From: a bacterium
Lineage (GTDB): Bacteria > Patescibacteriota > Microgenomatia > UBA1400 > PJMF01
Direction of reading: 5' to 3'
Assembly (NCBI GenBank): GCA_017431625.1
Contig: JAFRKQ010000010.1
Coordinates: 17,503 to 81,502 of the forward strand
DNA: 64,000 bases
A program made the translations under genes and the position numbers. The notes under the pieces were generated by a model. It made no database searches. It was not told where the DNA came from and was given only the letters and a program-made list of their open reading frames with translations. Positions 39,145 through 48,201 of this stretch are shown here, piece after piece; the first letter of the stretch is position 1, and each line of letters starts with the position of its first letter.

Positions 39145-39783
39145 ATGACAAAATCACGTTGCTACCAGCTGGGCAAACGACTGCTTGATATTGTGGTTTC
39201 GCTTGTTTTGATGATTGTCTTTATTCCTGCCTGGATTTTGGTACCCCTGGCAATTTATCTAGAATCAGGCCGACCAATTTTTTTCAAGCACAAGCGTGTT
39301 GGCCTGGGTGGGACGGAGTTTTATTTGTGGAAATTTCGCTCGATGGTCAAGGATGCCGACAAAATTCTTCACGAAAACGATGATGTCTTATTGCGCAAAT
39401 TCAAAAATGGCGATTGGAAAATGAAAGCCAGCGAGGATCCGCGGATCACCAAACTAGGCAAATTCCTGCGCTCGTTTACTATTGATGAGTTTCCACAATT
39501 ATGGAATGTCTTGCGTGGTGAGATGAGTATGGTGGGACCACGCGCCTATTTGCGCGAAGAGCTTGAGGAGCAAACAGCTCGCTATCCCGAGACCAAAAAA
39601 TACATCAAAGACATCATTTCTGTCAAACCAGGTATCACTGGTCCCTGGCAGGTGAGCGGTCGCAACGAAATCCCCTTTTCCAAAAGAGCCGAGCTGGACG
39701 CTCAATACGCGCGTCAGCAATCTTTGTGGAAAGACATTATCATCCTATTCAAGACCCCGCGGGCAATGCTGTCTAAGTGGTGA
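39145..39783 (+). CDS. Bacterial sugar transferase (undecaprenyl-phosphate glycosyl-1-phosphate transferase, WbaP/ExoY family)
   Basis: KFRSM..DEFPQLWNVLRGEMSMVGPRA. Confidence 0.8.
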   Translation: MTKSRCYQLGKRLLDIVVSLVLMIVFIPAWILVPLAIYLESGRPIFFKHKRVGLGGTEFYLWKFRSMVKDADKILHENDDVLLRKFKNGDWKMKASEDPRITKLGKFLRSFTIDEFPQLWNVLRGEMSMVGPRAYLREELEEQTARYPETKKYIKDIISVKPGITGPWQVSGRNEIPFSKRAELDAQYARQQSLWKDIIILFKTPRAMLSKW

Positions 39784-39821
39784 TTTTGACAAATCCCTAC
39801 TTGTCGTTTATAATGGGGATT

Positions 39822-40910
39822 ATGTATCCGCTGGTACAAAACATCTCGCTTTTTCTTCTGGGGGTTGGCTTTACGCCATTTGGCTTGTGGATTCTAGCCG
39901 GCCTGATTGTGGCCAGTGTAATTAGCCTGCTGCTTTTTTTTCAACTCTTGGCCAGTCTCACGTGTCAGCTGCTGGCCAAAAAATATCCTCACTCACACCG
40001 CTTGGAGTTATGGCGCTTGATTATTGATAAGTTTCGTCCTAGTTGGATTGGTTTTAATGGTGTTTACTACGCGATTTTGGTGTTGCCGCTGGCTGGCGAA
40101 ATCAAAATCTTTTTTACTGTTGGCTATTTAGTCTTAATGACGCTATTTTTGATTGACCTTTTGCGGACTATTATTTTGGGAGCGATCCGCATCTATCTGG
40201 AAAAGCGCGGCAAAGTCTCTCAGGAAGCCATCGAGACGGTCATTAATTTTTTCCGTGTGGTGAGCACGATTTTACTCTGGCTTTTGACCGGGGTGATTGT
40301 TTTGGTGATTTTAAATGTTGATATCAAGGGTCTACTTAGCGGTCTGGGTATTGCCTCGATTGTTGTGGCTTTTGGCTTCCAACAGGTGCTCAAAGACATT
40401 TTGGCTTTTTTTACGCTTTATATTGACCGTTCCTTTGCGGTGGGAGACTATGTGACTTTTGGTGATTATGAGGGTACTATCAAGGAAATTCGCATCAGGA
40501 CTACACGGATCAAGGCTCTTTTGGGCAATGAGCTGATTGTCCCCAATGAGGTCCTTATCGGTGGTGTGATTCAAAATTATAATCGCTTTGGGCAACGCCG
40601 GGTCTCATTTACTTTCAAAACACGAGTAGTTCCGGCCGATAGACTCCAGGCTGCCTTGGAAGAAATCCGCCAGACTTTTGCCAATGGGGACTTAGGTGAG
40701 CGGGTGAGCCTCACCAGTCTCACCCTCGAGTCAATCACAGATTATGGCCTACAAATCAAGATAATTTTCCGTTTTAGTTATATTCACGGCCAAAAAAACT
40801 ACACTCAATATCTCCACAAGCGTCAAGAAGTTAACACCCTGATCCTCAACACTCTGGCCAAATACCAAATTCCCTTGGTAGAGCTCTCTTGTGCTCACAC
40901 CCAGGCATAA
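39822..40910 (+). CDS. mscS: Mechanosensitive ion channel (MscS family)
   Basis: MscS beta-domain signature GDYVTFGDYEGTIKEIRIRTTRIKALLGNELIVPNEVL. Leaderless start 7 nt after TATAAT 39809-14; that promoter is embedded in the previous gene's 3' end. The track start is 39777. Confidence 0.75.
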   Translation: MYPLVQNISLFLLGVGFTPFGLWILAGLIVASVISLLLFFQLLASLTCQLLAKKYPHSHRLELWRLIIDKFRPSWIGFNGVYYAILVLPLAGEIKIFFTVGYLVLMTLFLIDLLRTIILGAIRIYLEKRGKVSQEAIETVINFFRVVSTILLWLLTGVIVLVILNVDIKGLLSGLGIASIVVAFGFQQVLKDILAFFTLYIDRSFAVGDYVTFGDYEGTIKEIRIRTTRIKALLGNELIVPNEVLIGGVIQNYNRFGQRRVSFTFKTRVVPADRLQAALEEIRQTFANGDLGERVSLTSLTLESITDYGLQIKIIFRFSYIHGQKNYTQYLHKRQEVNTLILNTLAKYQIPLVELSCAHTQA

Positions 40911-40948
40911 TTGCCTCTTGACAAAAGTGATGTTTTGTGATATAATAT
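40909..40948 (+). promoter_or_regulatory. Consensus promoter (TTGACA 40918-23, TATAAT 40941-46) facing the 3' ends of minus-strand tRNAs
   Basis: taATTGCCTCTTGACAAAAgtgatgttttgTGATATAATatagg. Followed by ATTAAG..CCTTAAGG and then CTGACTGGAC at 40975-84. Confidence 0.55.
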
Positions 40949-41026
40949 AGGATATTAAGGGACACACCTTAAGGACTGACTGGACAATCAAAATCATCAC
41001 CTGGCCAATAAAACGCTGTGCGTGAG

Positions 41027-41100
41027 TGCGTCGGGCGGGGCTCGAACCCGCGACATCCTGCTTAGAAGGCAGACACTCTATCCAACTGAGTTACCGACGC
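41027..41100 (-). tRNA. tRNA-Arg: tRNA-Arg (anticodon TCT)
   Basis: Reverse complement GCGTCGGTAACTCAGTTGGATAGAGTGTCTGCCTTCTAAGCAGGATGTCGCGGGTTCGAGCCCCGCCCGACGCA. Confidence 0.85.
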
Positions 41101-41130
41101 CAGATTGTAAGCTAGATGTGAAAGTTCGGG

Positions 41131-41214
41131 TGCCCCAGGCGAGACTCGAACTCGCATGACCTTGCGATCGGCAGATTTTAAGTCTGCTGTGTCTACCATT
41201 CCACCACCAGGGCC
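41131..41214 (-). tRNA. tRNA-Leu: tRNA-Leu (anticodon TAA), long variable arm
   Basis: Reverse complement GCCCTGGTGGTGGAATGGTAGACACAGCAGACTTAAAATCTGC..GCGAGTTCGAGTCTCGCCTGGGGCA. Minus -10 TGTGGTATAAT at 41222-41232. Confidence 0.85.
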
Positions 41215-41265
41215 TGTGAGGTATTATACCACAAAAGCGATGACTTTTGGGTGTATAATCAAGCC

Positions 41266-41856
41266 ATGGACAAAATTGGCATTACTGGGCTGATAGCCAC
41301 GGGCAAAACATCAGTCGCTACGGTCCTGGCGGGGCAGCAACTGGCCTGTCTAGACTGTGACAGTGTGGTCGCGCGCCTATACCAGTCGCCAGAGGTCAAA
41401 GACATCATTCAGTCACGTTTTGGCTACAGTTTTTTCACCCCTGGTGGTAGTCTTGACCAGAAAAAACTGGGTGCTTTTGCCTTTGAACATGAGCCGGTAC
41501 TCCACTGGCTCGAGCAGATTCTTTGGCCGCGAGTGAGTGAGCAAGTCGCCCTTTGGCTTTTTGGTCAACAAAAAAAAGGTCTGCCAGTGGCCTTTGTTTT
41601 TGGTACGCACTTGGTGGCCAGTGGCATCCACACCCAAATCGACGAGCTTTGGCAACTAACCAGCCAACGCGAGCTGGTCCTAGAGCGCGTCCAGGCCCGC
41701 TATCACCTGAGCCGCTTGCAAGCAGCCACTAGACGACGTTTGAGTCGCGACCCGATGCTGACAAGCCAAAACGTCACGCTTGTTATTGAAAACTACGACA
41801 CGATCCCACAGCTACAAGCCCAAATTATCAAATTGATACGTCAGCGTGGCTGGTGA
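41266..41856 (+). CDS. coaE: Dephospho-CoA kinase
   Basis: IGITGLIATGKTS P-loop. Leaderless: TATAAT 41254-59 lies 6 nt before ATG 41266. The track start is GTG 41251. Confidence 0.75.
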   Translation: MDKIGITGLIATGKTSVATVLAGQQLACLDCDSVVARLYQSPEVKDIIQSRFGYSFFTPGGSLDQKKLGAFAFEHEPVLHWLEQILWPRVSEQVALWLFGQQKKGLPVAFVFGTHLVASGIHTQIDELWQLTSQRELVLERVQARYHLSRLQAATRRRLSRDPMLTSQNVTLVIENYDTIPQLQAQIIKLIRQRGW

Positions 41857-41858
41857 AT

Positions 41859-42425
41859 CTAGTTGGCACGAGAGACATACTCACCAGTGGTAGTATCAAC
41901 CAGCAGAGTCTCGCCAGTTTTGATGAAAATCGGCGCCTGGACCGTGAGGCCGGTTTCCATGACTACTGGTTTTTTGCCCGCGGTCACCCGGTCGCCTTTG
42001 ATTGCCTCGGGGGCTTCAGTGACTTTGAGCTTGACTTTGGGTGGGAGGGTGACACCAATGGGTTGATCATCAAGGAACATGACATAAACCTTGACCTCTG
42101 GAGTCAAATAATTGATCGCGTCACCCACCAAAGACCGTTTGACCTCAAATTGCTCATACGTGCGCATATCCATGAAAGCAACAACGTCGTCGTCATGATA
42201 AGAATAAGTCAATTCTCTGCTGGGAACATCCAAAACCTCGACATTCTCATTAGTTTTGAAGGTAAACTCCAGGGTATTGCCGGTGAGAATATTGCGCAAT
42301 TTGGCCCGAGTAAAAGCTGAACCTTTGCCAGGAGAAACAAATTGCGTGCCCGTCACCTGATGTGGGGCGCCACGAAAGTCAATATACATGCCTTTTTTGA
42401 GGTTGCCACCATTCACTGTTGCCAT
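41859..42425 (-). CDS. efp: Elongation factor P
   Basis: KGSAFTRAKLRNILTGNTLEFTFK. AAAGGA RBS. Two tandem minus -10 boxes (42451-64 and 42569-82). Confidence 0.85.
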   Translation of the reverse strand: MATVNGGNLKKGMYIDFRGAPHQVTGTQFVSPGKGSAFTRAKLRNILTGNTLEFTFKTNENVEVLDVPSRELTYSYHDDDVVAFMDMRTYEQFEVKRSLVGDAINYLTPEVKVYVMFLDDQPIGVTLPPKVKLKVTEAPEAIKGDRVTAGKKPVVMETGLTVQAPIFIKTGETLLVDTTTGEYVSRAN

Positions 42426-42717
42426 AAATCCTTTCTGTTTGAACAAGAGGACTTATTATACCACACAAATAACCCTTGAGTGGGAGCAATTTGCCCAAAC
42501 AATCACCCCCTGTCGGGGGGCAAAAGATTTTCGTTAGCACTTATTTGAACTCGTCGTGTAACTTCATTTATTATACCACACACTGAGGCTCTTGCAAGTA
42601 TGAGTTTTGGCCAATTATCCTCAGCAACTGCAAAGTTTAACTCTACTCAAGCAAAAGATCAATTGCCTTCGGCTACCGGTCAAATAAATCGAGCAACAAG
42701 TAGGCCACCAATTACTG

Positions 42718-42800
42718 TGCCAGAGACAGGACTCGAACCTGCACGTCCTTGCAGACACACGGTTCTAAGCCGTGCTTGTCTACCATTCCAACACTCTGGC
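42718..42800 (-). tRNA. tRNA-Leu: tRNA-Leu (anticodon TAG), long variable arm
   Basis: Reverse complement GCCAGAGTGTTGGAATGGTAGACAAGCACGGCTTAGAACCGTG..GCAGGTTCGAGTCCTGTCTCTGGCA. Minus -10 TGTGGTATAAT at 42811-42821. Confidence 0.8.
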
Positions 42801-42811
42801 GCCAAGCCTTA

Positions 42812-43306
42812 TTATACCACATCCTCGTCAATCTTGAGAGTGTAAAGCCGACGCAAAATCCCATCAGACTTATACTCCGTTGACTCTTCAAGAAACGTCC
42901 AGCCAAATTTTTCGTACAAACCCTGGTGGCGCGAGTGTAAATACAGCTGTCGCAGGCCAAATTGCCGTGCGTGCCCAGGGACAGCGGCCATCAACTGGCG
43001 AAAATAGCCGCAGCCACGATACTCGGGAGCAATAAAGGCAAAACCAAACCACGGTGTCAGATCAGGGCGGGTAAAAAGATCATTGGGAATGACTTGATAG
43101 AAGCCCACCAAAGTCTCACCCAGATAGGCCAAAAAAGTATAAGGCACACGGTCAGGGCAAATACTATGAGCCATATAAAGGGTCACTTGCTCGCGGCTCA
43201 TCCCAAATTCCTCACCCCACCAGCCATGCTGCCAGCAAACAACCGGCTCAAAGGCAGGATCAGTGCTATCAACAAGCTGGCGAAAGGTAAGCTTATGATC
43301 TGACAT
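42812..43306 (-). CDS. GNAT-family N-acetyltransferase
   Basis: 164 aa. Acetyl-CoA binding region RQLGLRQLYLHSRHQGLYEKFGW. Minus -10 TGGTATAAT at 43311-43319. Confidence 0.7.
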   Translation of the reverse strand: MSDHKLTFRQLVDSTDPAFEPVVCWQHGWWGEEFGMSREQVTLYMAHSICPDRVPYTFLAYLGETLVGFYQVIPNDLFTRPDLTPWFGFAFIAPEYRGCGYFRQLMAAVPGHARQFGLRQLYLHSRHQGLYEKFGWTFLEESTEYKSDGILRRLYTLKIDEDVV

Positions 43307-43322
43307 GAGTCTTATTATACCA

Positions 43323-43541
43323 TTAATTTGAGGTCATGAACACGGCATTTGACCACCACGAAGGCAGCAGGATCGCCAAGGCAGCGATTAGCACCAGCAA
43401 CAAACCCAGCCAAACAACCACTCGGGGTGAACAGGATTGATTGCCCCAGGGGAAAAAGGGCCCCACCTCATCCTGCCAGCTTAAGCTCTCATCAGGATCA
43501 CCCAAAAACTTGCCGCTTGCGCGTCTATTCGATTTTGCCAT
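43323..43541 (-). CDS. Small hypothetical membrane protein (about 72 aa)
   Basis: Likely start MAKSNRR.. The track ORF starts further upstream at 43577. Confidence 0.3.
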   Translation of the reverse strand: MAKSNRRASGKFLGDPDESLSWQDEVGPFFPWGNQSCSPRVVVWLGLLLVLIAALAILLPSWWSNAVFMTSN

Positions 43542-43599
43542 GTCCTGATGATAACACCTCTGCCAATTCCTTGTCAAGAGTCAAAATATCTTATATTAA

Positions 43600-43638
43600 T
43601 TTGCTACTTGACAAAATTGATAAAGTGTGATATAATAG
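43600..43638 (+). promoter_or_regulatory. Consensus promoter (TTGACA 43608-13, TATAAT 43631-36) facing the 3' end of a minus-strand gene
   Basis: aaTTTGCTACTTGACAAAAttgataaagtgTGATATAATagg. Its downstream segment is homologous to the segment after promoter E (50033-50135). Confidence 0.55.
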
Positions 43639-43717
43639 GACACAACTATAAATAGTCGGTGAAATAGCTAAGGGTGGATACTCGCCGGTGAGAGGCTGAT
43701 TGACATCTGGCCATTGG

Positions 43718-44302
43718 CTAAAAGAGGCTGTCTTGAGTGCCAGCCGAGTGCGTGGGCTTAAAACTAAAATCCACCGGGCAGTTGACCAGGCGATTCCATT
43801 TGTTATAAAACTTGATCTCGCCGTGATTGCGACCATAATCATACAGCTCGCGGGTGAGCTTGACATCTTGATTGCAATAAGCTGCCAACTCGTCAAAACG
43901 CTTCTCGTTGTAGTAGCGGATGGCATCCAGTCCATCGCCAGTTTTGTGATCATTGAAAGTACCACTAGCACAAGCGTCTAGACTTATCCGGTGGCCAGAG
44001 GACTTTTTGATCTGGAGCATCAGGTCAAGAGTAGGAAATTTGCTGACATCACCGTCATAATAATTGGTAAATGTGGGCATGTCAAAGTGATCAATATTAA
44101 AGCCAATCAAAACATCAGCTGACTCAAGAATAGGGAAAAGCTTTGGCAGATCATCTTCAAAAAAACCCATAATTTTACCCTCACCCTCAAAGCCCTCGCG
44201 CACACATATTCCAACGTAAGAAATCCCCAGCTGTTCAGGGAAAAAACCACCCACTTGATCAAATGCTTTTTTGGTCTCGACATCAAGTACCACTTGTTTC
44301 AT
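43718..44302 (-). CDS. DEDD-family 3'-5' exonuclease (RNase H-like fold)
   Basis: LDVETKK (Exo I), GFNIDHFDMP (Exo II), YCNQDVKLTRELY (Exo III, DEDDy type). AAGGAGAAG RBS before Met36 of the track ORF. Confidence 0.55.
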   Translation of the reverse strand: MKQVVLDVETKKAFDQVGGFFPEQLGISYVGICVREGFEGEGKIMGFFEDDLPKLFPILESADVLIGFNIDHFDMPTFTNYYDGDVSKFPTLDLMLQIKKSSGHRISLDACASGTFNDHKTGDGLDAIRYYNEKRFDELAAYCNQDVKLTRELYDYGRNHGEIKFYNKWNRLVNCPVDFSFKPTHSAGTQDSLF

Positions 44303-44400
44303 GCTTCTCCTTGCTTTTTTGTTTGGACCCCTTTTTTTACCATGAAACCTCACAAAAATCAAGAGACAAAAGTAGTTGATTTTGCGGTATAATACACGGT

Positions 44401-46113
44401 ATGTCATTTTTGCGGCGTTTTATCCGGCTTCCGAGTTATCTTTTTTCCAATCGCTGGCTGGCCTCACAACAACGCTCCATTATGTCCGCCGCCAGTGTCA
44501 TTACCGCCGCCAATATTCTGGTGTCACTCTCGGGACTGCTTCGCGATCGGTTTATGCTTTCGCTTTACGCTGGTCACGAAGAACTCCTCCAGGCTTATGA
44601 CGCTTTTCGGGTAGCCTTTCAGGTGCCAGATTTGATTTACCAATTGCTGATCGTCGGGGCTTTATCGGCCTCGTTTGTGCCAATGTTTACTTTTCTCAAG
44701 CGTCGTGATAAGGCCAATGCCTTTCGCATGACTAATATTTGCATGAATTATCTGTTGGCTTTTTTTCTTGGTCTGTCAGTTTTGATCATGATTTTCGCCC
44801 CGCAGATCACTCGGGCTCGCATTGGCGATGCCTACTCAAGCGAGCAAATCCAGACTGTCATCAATCTCACCAGGCTCATGATGGTGGGGCAGTTCTTTTT
44901 TGCGATTTCCAGTTTTTTTACCGGCATGCTGCAAAGTTACCAGCGTTTTGTCATTCCCGCCCTAGTGCCACTTTTTTACAATGCCAGTATTGCCGTGGGT
45001 GCCTGGGCGCTTTTTCCTTATTGCGGTATTTACGGGGCGGGCATCGGCGTGGTTTTTGGGGCTTTTGCCCATATGGCTATCCAATTGCCATTTGTCCGCC
45101 AGCTGGAGTGGGCCTATCAGTGGTGCTGGGATTGGAGCCAACATGGGGTCAAACAACTTTTTGCGATGATGCCGGCGCGCACTCTCACTCTGGGCATGAG
45201 CGAGGTGCAAAGTTTTGGTTTGTCCTATTTTATCACCAGTGTTGATCGCGTGGGCTACACGATGTTTCTTTTGGCGCGGACACTGATCAACTTGCCAATT
45301 CGCTTTGTCGGGGTCCCGATCGGTCAAGCAGCCTTGCCTTTTTTGTCCAATCTTTCTGACGATGACCGGCTGGAGCGCTTTAAAAAAGTGGTCCTCCAAT
45401 CACTCAATCAAATTGCTTATCTAGCCTGGCCAATGGCGGTAATGTTGATGATCTTGCGCATTCCCACTGTGCGGCTGGTATTTGGCACCCGATCATTTAC
45501 CTGGGAGCGGACGATATTGGTGGGGCGACTGATTGCCTTTATGGCGATTTCCATTCCGGCCCAGGCGATGTTTCACCTGCTGGTGCGCGCTTTTCACGCC
45601 CTGCGTGACACGCTCACGCCCTTTTTGATTTCCCTGTTTACAACCTCAGTGTTTTTTATCGGCTGCGGGCTGGCAATTAAACTGCCAAGTAATCAGCTTT
45701 ATGGGATTGCTATTAGTATCTCACTCACCATGATTGCCGAGAGTCTAGTGTTTATTTTTTTGCTCGATCGCAAACTCAAGGGACTGATAAACTTCAACTT
45801 TCTGGCCACCCAAGCCAAAATCCTGCTGGCTAGCGGTCTAACAGCGATTGCCCTGTATATCCCCTATAAATTGCTAGACAATTTTGTCTTTGAGACCACC
45901 AGAGTCGTACCATTGATCATGCTCACTGGTATTACTGGTGTCGTTGGCCTGAGTGTTTACATTGGTTTATCTAAGCTCTTCCGCATCGAGGAGATGAATA
46001 TCCTCATTCACCTTTTTACCTCCTTCACGCGCAAACCCAAGCAGACAGTCCAGCTGGCCCTGCCACCTACCGAAATCGTCTCTGACCCCGTTGACAGTAA
46101 TGATTTAGTTTAG
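44401..46113 (+). CDS. murJ: Lipid II flippase MurJ (MviN family)
   Basis: 570 aa polytopic protein. Leaderless: TATAAT 44388-93 lies 7 nt before the ATG. Confidence 0.8.
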   Translation: MSFLRRFIRLPSYLFSNRWLASQQRSIMSAASVITAANILVSLSGLLRDRFMLSLYAGHEELLQAYDAFRVAFQVPDLIYQLLIVGALSASFVPMFTFLKRRDKANAFRMTNICMNYLLAFFLGLSVLIMIFAPQITRARIGDAYSSEQIQTVINLTRLMMVGQFFFAISSFFTGMLQSYQRFVIPALVPLFYNASIAVGAWALFPYCGIYGAGIGVVFGAFAHMAIQLPFVRQLEWAYQWCWDWSQHGVKQLFAMMPARTLTLGMSEVQSFGLSYFITSVDRVGYTMFLLARTLINLPIRFVGVPIGQAALPFLSNLSDDDRLERFKKVVLQSLNQIAYLAWPMAVMLMILRIPTVRLVFGTRSFTWERTILVGRLIAFMAISIPAQAMFHLLVRAFHALRDTLTPFLISLFTTSVFFIGCGLAIKLPSNQLYGIAISISLTMIAESLVFIFLLDRKLKGLINFNFLATQAKILLASGLTAIALYIPYKLLDNFVFETTRVVPLIMLTGITGVVGLSVYIGLSKLFRIEEMNILIHLFTSFTRKPKQTVQLALPPTEIVSDPVDSNDLV

Positions 46114-46132
46114 TCCAGTCAGTATATCCCAT

Positions 46133-46172
46133 ATTATATCACAAGTAGTCATTTTTGTCAAGAGGCAATTAC
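46133..46172 (-). promoter_or_regulatory. Consensus promoter, minus orientation, pointing into the murJ 3' end
   Basis: Reverse complement ggcgtAATTGCCTCTTGACAAAAatgactacttgTGATATAATat, followed at +12 by ATACTGACTGGACTAAA (plus 46113-46122). Confidence 0.5.
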
Positions 46173-46209
46173 GCCTGGACATTTGTTGCCAATGTGCTAT
46201 AATCATTTT

Positions 46210-47067
46210 ATGACAGAAACGAATATCGATTTGAGTTCAGTGGCACCCGCGGAAGCGACCACCCCACCTGCGACCCCTGAACAGACCGATAATAATCAGC
46301 CCGAAAATGCACCCGAAAATGAACTGATTGATATCGAAACCGCCACCTTTGCGCCCATCAGCCTTGAGGGCCAGACTCCACAGGTGCAAGTCACGGATGC
46401 CCGTGGCCACCAAGAAACTATCAGTCTGGATGATTTTAAGAAAAAATATGGCGGTCTTGAAAGTGCCCGGGTGTTTTTGGAGCAGTGGCGGACAACACTA
46501 GAGGATAACGATACAAAACCACCAACTCAATTTGACTCCGCCCCTCAAGAGCTTCAAGGTGTATTGATCAATCTTGGTTTACCCATAAACATGGAAGGAG
46601 TACAAATAGTAGATGCAGCCACTAATGCGGCCGTTTTAAATATTAATGGCAGACTAATTAAGGTTGATAAACCATGGGAAATTAAAGTGTTGCGTGAATC
46701 ATTACCCGGTTTTGAAGAGTCATTTTTGCACGCACAACAACAATTCGGCAATGATGGTCGGGCCAAGGATGCACTCACCTTTGTCAATCCAGATGTAGAT
46801 TTATCAAAATTACACGTTACGTACAGCTACGAAGGTGGCGATGCGTATACGATAAGTGATGGCCAAGCGACAATCAGATTATCGCGAAAAGAGTTTGCTC
46901 AATGGCTGGATCGTCAGCCCCAAGATATTCAAGCTCGATACCAATATTTGCGTCCGGAATATAATGGCGATGTCTACGAGTCAGCCCAATACCGCCTGCA
47001 GCTGGAAAATTCACCTGACAGACGTGTGCACATCGTTGAGCACGTTCGCAATTTTTTTGAGGGTTAG
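46210..47067 (+). CDS. Hypothetical protein (285 aa), acidic/Pro-rich N-terminus
   Basis: Leaderless: TATAAT 46198-203 lies 6 nt before ATG 46210. The track start is TTG 46183. Confidence 0.5.
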   Translation: MTETNIDLSSVAPAEATTPPATPEQTDNNQPENAPENELIDIETATFAPISLEGQTPQVQVTDARGHQETISLDDFKKKYGGLESARVFLEQWRTTLEDNDTKPPTQFDSAPQELQGVLINLGLPINMEGVQIVDAATNAAVLNINGRLIKVDKPWEIKVLRESLPGFEESFLHAQQQFGNDGRAKDALTFVNPDVDLSKLHVTYSYEGGDAYTISDGQATIRLSRKEFAQWLDRQPQDIQARYQYLRPEYNGDVYESAQYRLQLENSPDRRVHIVEHVRNFFEG

Positions 47068-47079
47068 ACAGCACCAGCA

Positions 47080-48054
47080 ATGCCACGCGAAGCAATTGAT
47101 CAGTTTCGACAACGAATTATGGATGGCAATCCGCAAGAATTGCTGGCTAGATATCGTGGCGATGAGATTTTTAATCAGCTTGTAGAACAACACCAGATTG
47201 GCACGAATCCTGACGGCAGCCCGCAGATAGTCCTCACCCTCAATGAGGCTGGCGTGAGTACACTTTTAGAGGGACTAGCTCCATCAGCACTGCTAGCCAA
47301 TCACAGCGACAGTCAATTTTTACGCGACATGTTTGGCTCTGTCCCAGAATTAGCGCGTACTTACCAGCAATTTGAGCAATTTGAAGGTAATCTTAGGGAA
47401 ATTGAACAGGATATTGAGAATGAAATAGTTCGTCTTGGTCAAAAATATAATTTTCCTGAAAATGTCAATACTTTGCCGTCTCCTGCACGCGAACAAGAGT
47501 CTTTGCGCATTGCCACTATTTTGTGCCGTGAACTCGCGAATCGCAATCAGTATCAGTATGACCAAATTTATGCTAACAATAATGAGTACATGGCTATTCC
47601 CGCTAAGTACCAGCGTACGTATGAGGAAGGATTGGTGGCCAATCAAAAGCGCGGGATGTGTACCTCGTTTTCATCGTTCTATCAGCATGCTCTCGAACAT
47701 TATGGAGTGAGCTCGGTTTTACTTAATGGGACGCGCTTGAATTTATTTGGGTCTTCCGATGGTGACAGTCCGTCAATTGCTAGCCGACACGCCTTTGTCG
47801 GTGTCAGAGTGAGTGGCGACAGCGAAAATCCCATCTACCATATTTTTGACCCAACACAAGGGCGTTACGGCGAAGGAACCTCAGATTATAGCTATTATGT
47901 TGAGCCCTCGGCATATACATATGCCAGCAGTATGCTGCGAGGCGCATTTACTGGTGGTTATCAACAATACCATCGTCTCAGTGCATGTCAGGCCTTCCTC
48001 AAGACAATCAGCGGTACCAGCATTGATCGTGACATCATCGACCAGATTAAATAG
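47080..48054 (+). CDS. Hypothetical protein, possible transglutaminase-like/papain-fold cysteine peptidase domain
   Basis: The order KRGMCTSFSSFY (Cys), SRHAFVGV (His) and IFDPTQG (Asp) fits a transglutaminase-like core. This is inference only. Confidence 0.45.
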   Translation: MPREAIDQFRQRIMDGNPQELLARYRGDEIFNQLVEQHQIGTNPDGSPQIVLTLNEAGVSTLLEGLAPSALLANHSDSQFLRDMFGSVPELARTYQQFEQFEGNLREIEQDIENEIVRLGQKYNFPENVNTLPSPAREQESLRIATILCRELANRNQYQYDQIYANNNEYMAIPAKYQRTYEEGLVANQKRGMCTSFSSFYQHALEHYGVSSVLLNGTRLNLFGSSDGDSPSIASRHAFVGVRVSGDSENPIYHIFDPTQGRYGEGTSDYSYYVEPSAYTYASSMLRGAFTGGYQQYHRLSACQAFLKTISGTSIDRDIIDQIK

Positions 48055-48109
48055 AACTAAATTCACTGCCGATAATCAGTTATATTGACTAAACTAGTCA
48101 TAATATAAT

Positions 48110-48150
48110 TTATTATATCACATCTACTCATTTTTGTCAAGAGGCAATTT
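48110..48150 (-). promoter_or_regulatory. Consensus promoter, minus orientation, pointing into the 3' end of the 47080-48054 gene
   Basis: Reverse complement gcaaAATTGCCTCTTGACAAAAatgagtagatgTGATATAATaaa. Confidence 0.5.
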
Positions 48151-48201
48151 TGCTTCAAAATTACTACTGCTTTTGGCTCAATCTTTTGGTATAATACCGC
48201 C

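Noticed and set aside
42600-42845. ORF 42600-42845 (+), 81 aa
   Set aside because: It overlaps the minus-strand tRNA-Leu(TAG) and its promoter; it is tRNA-derived sequence translated in silico.
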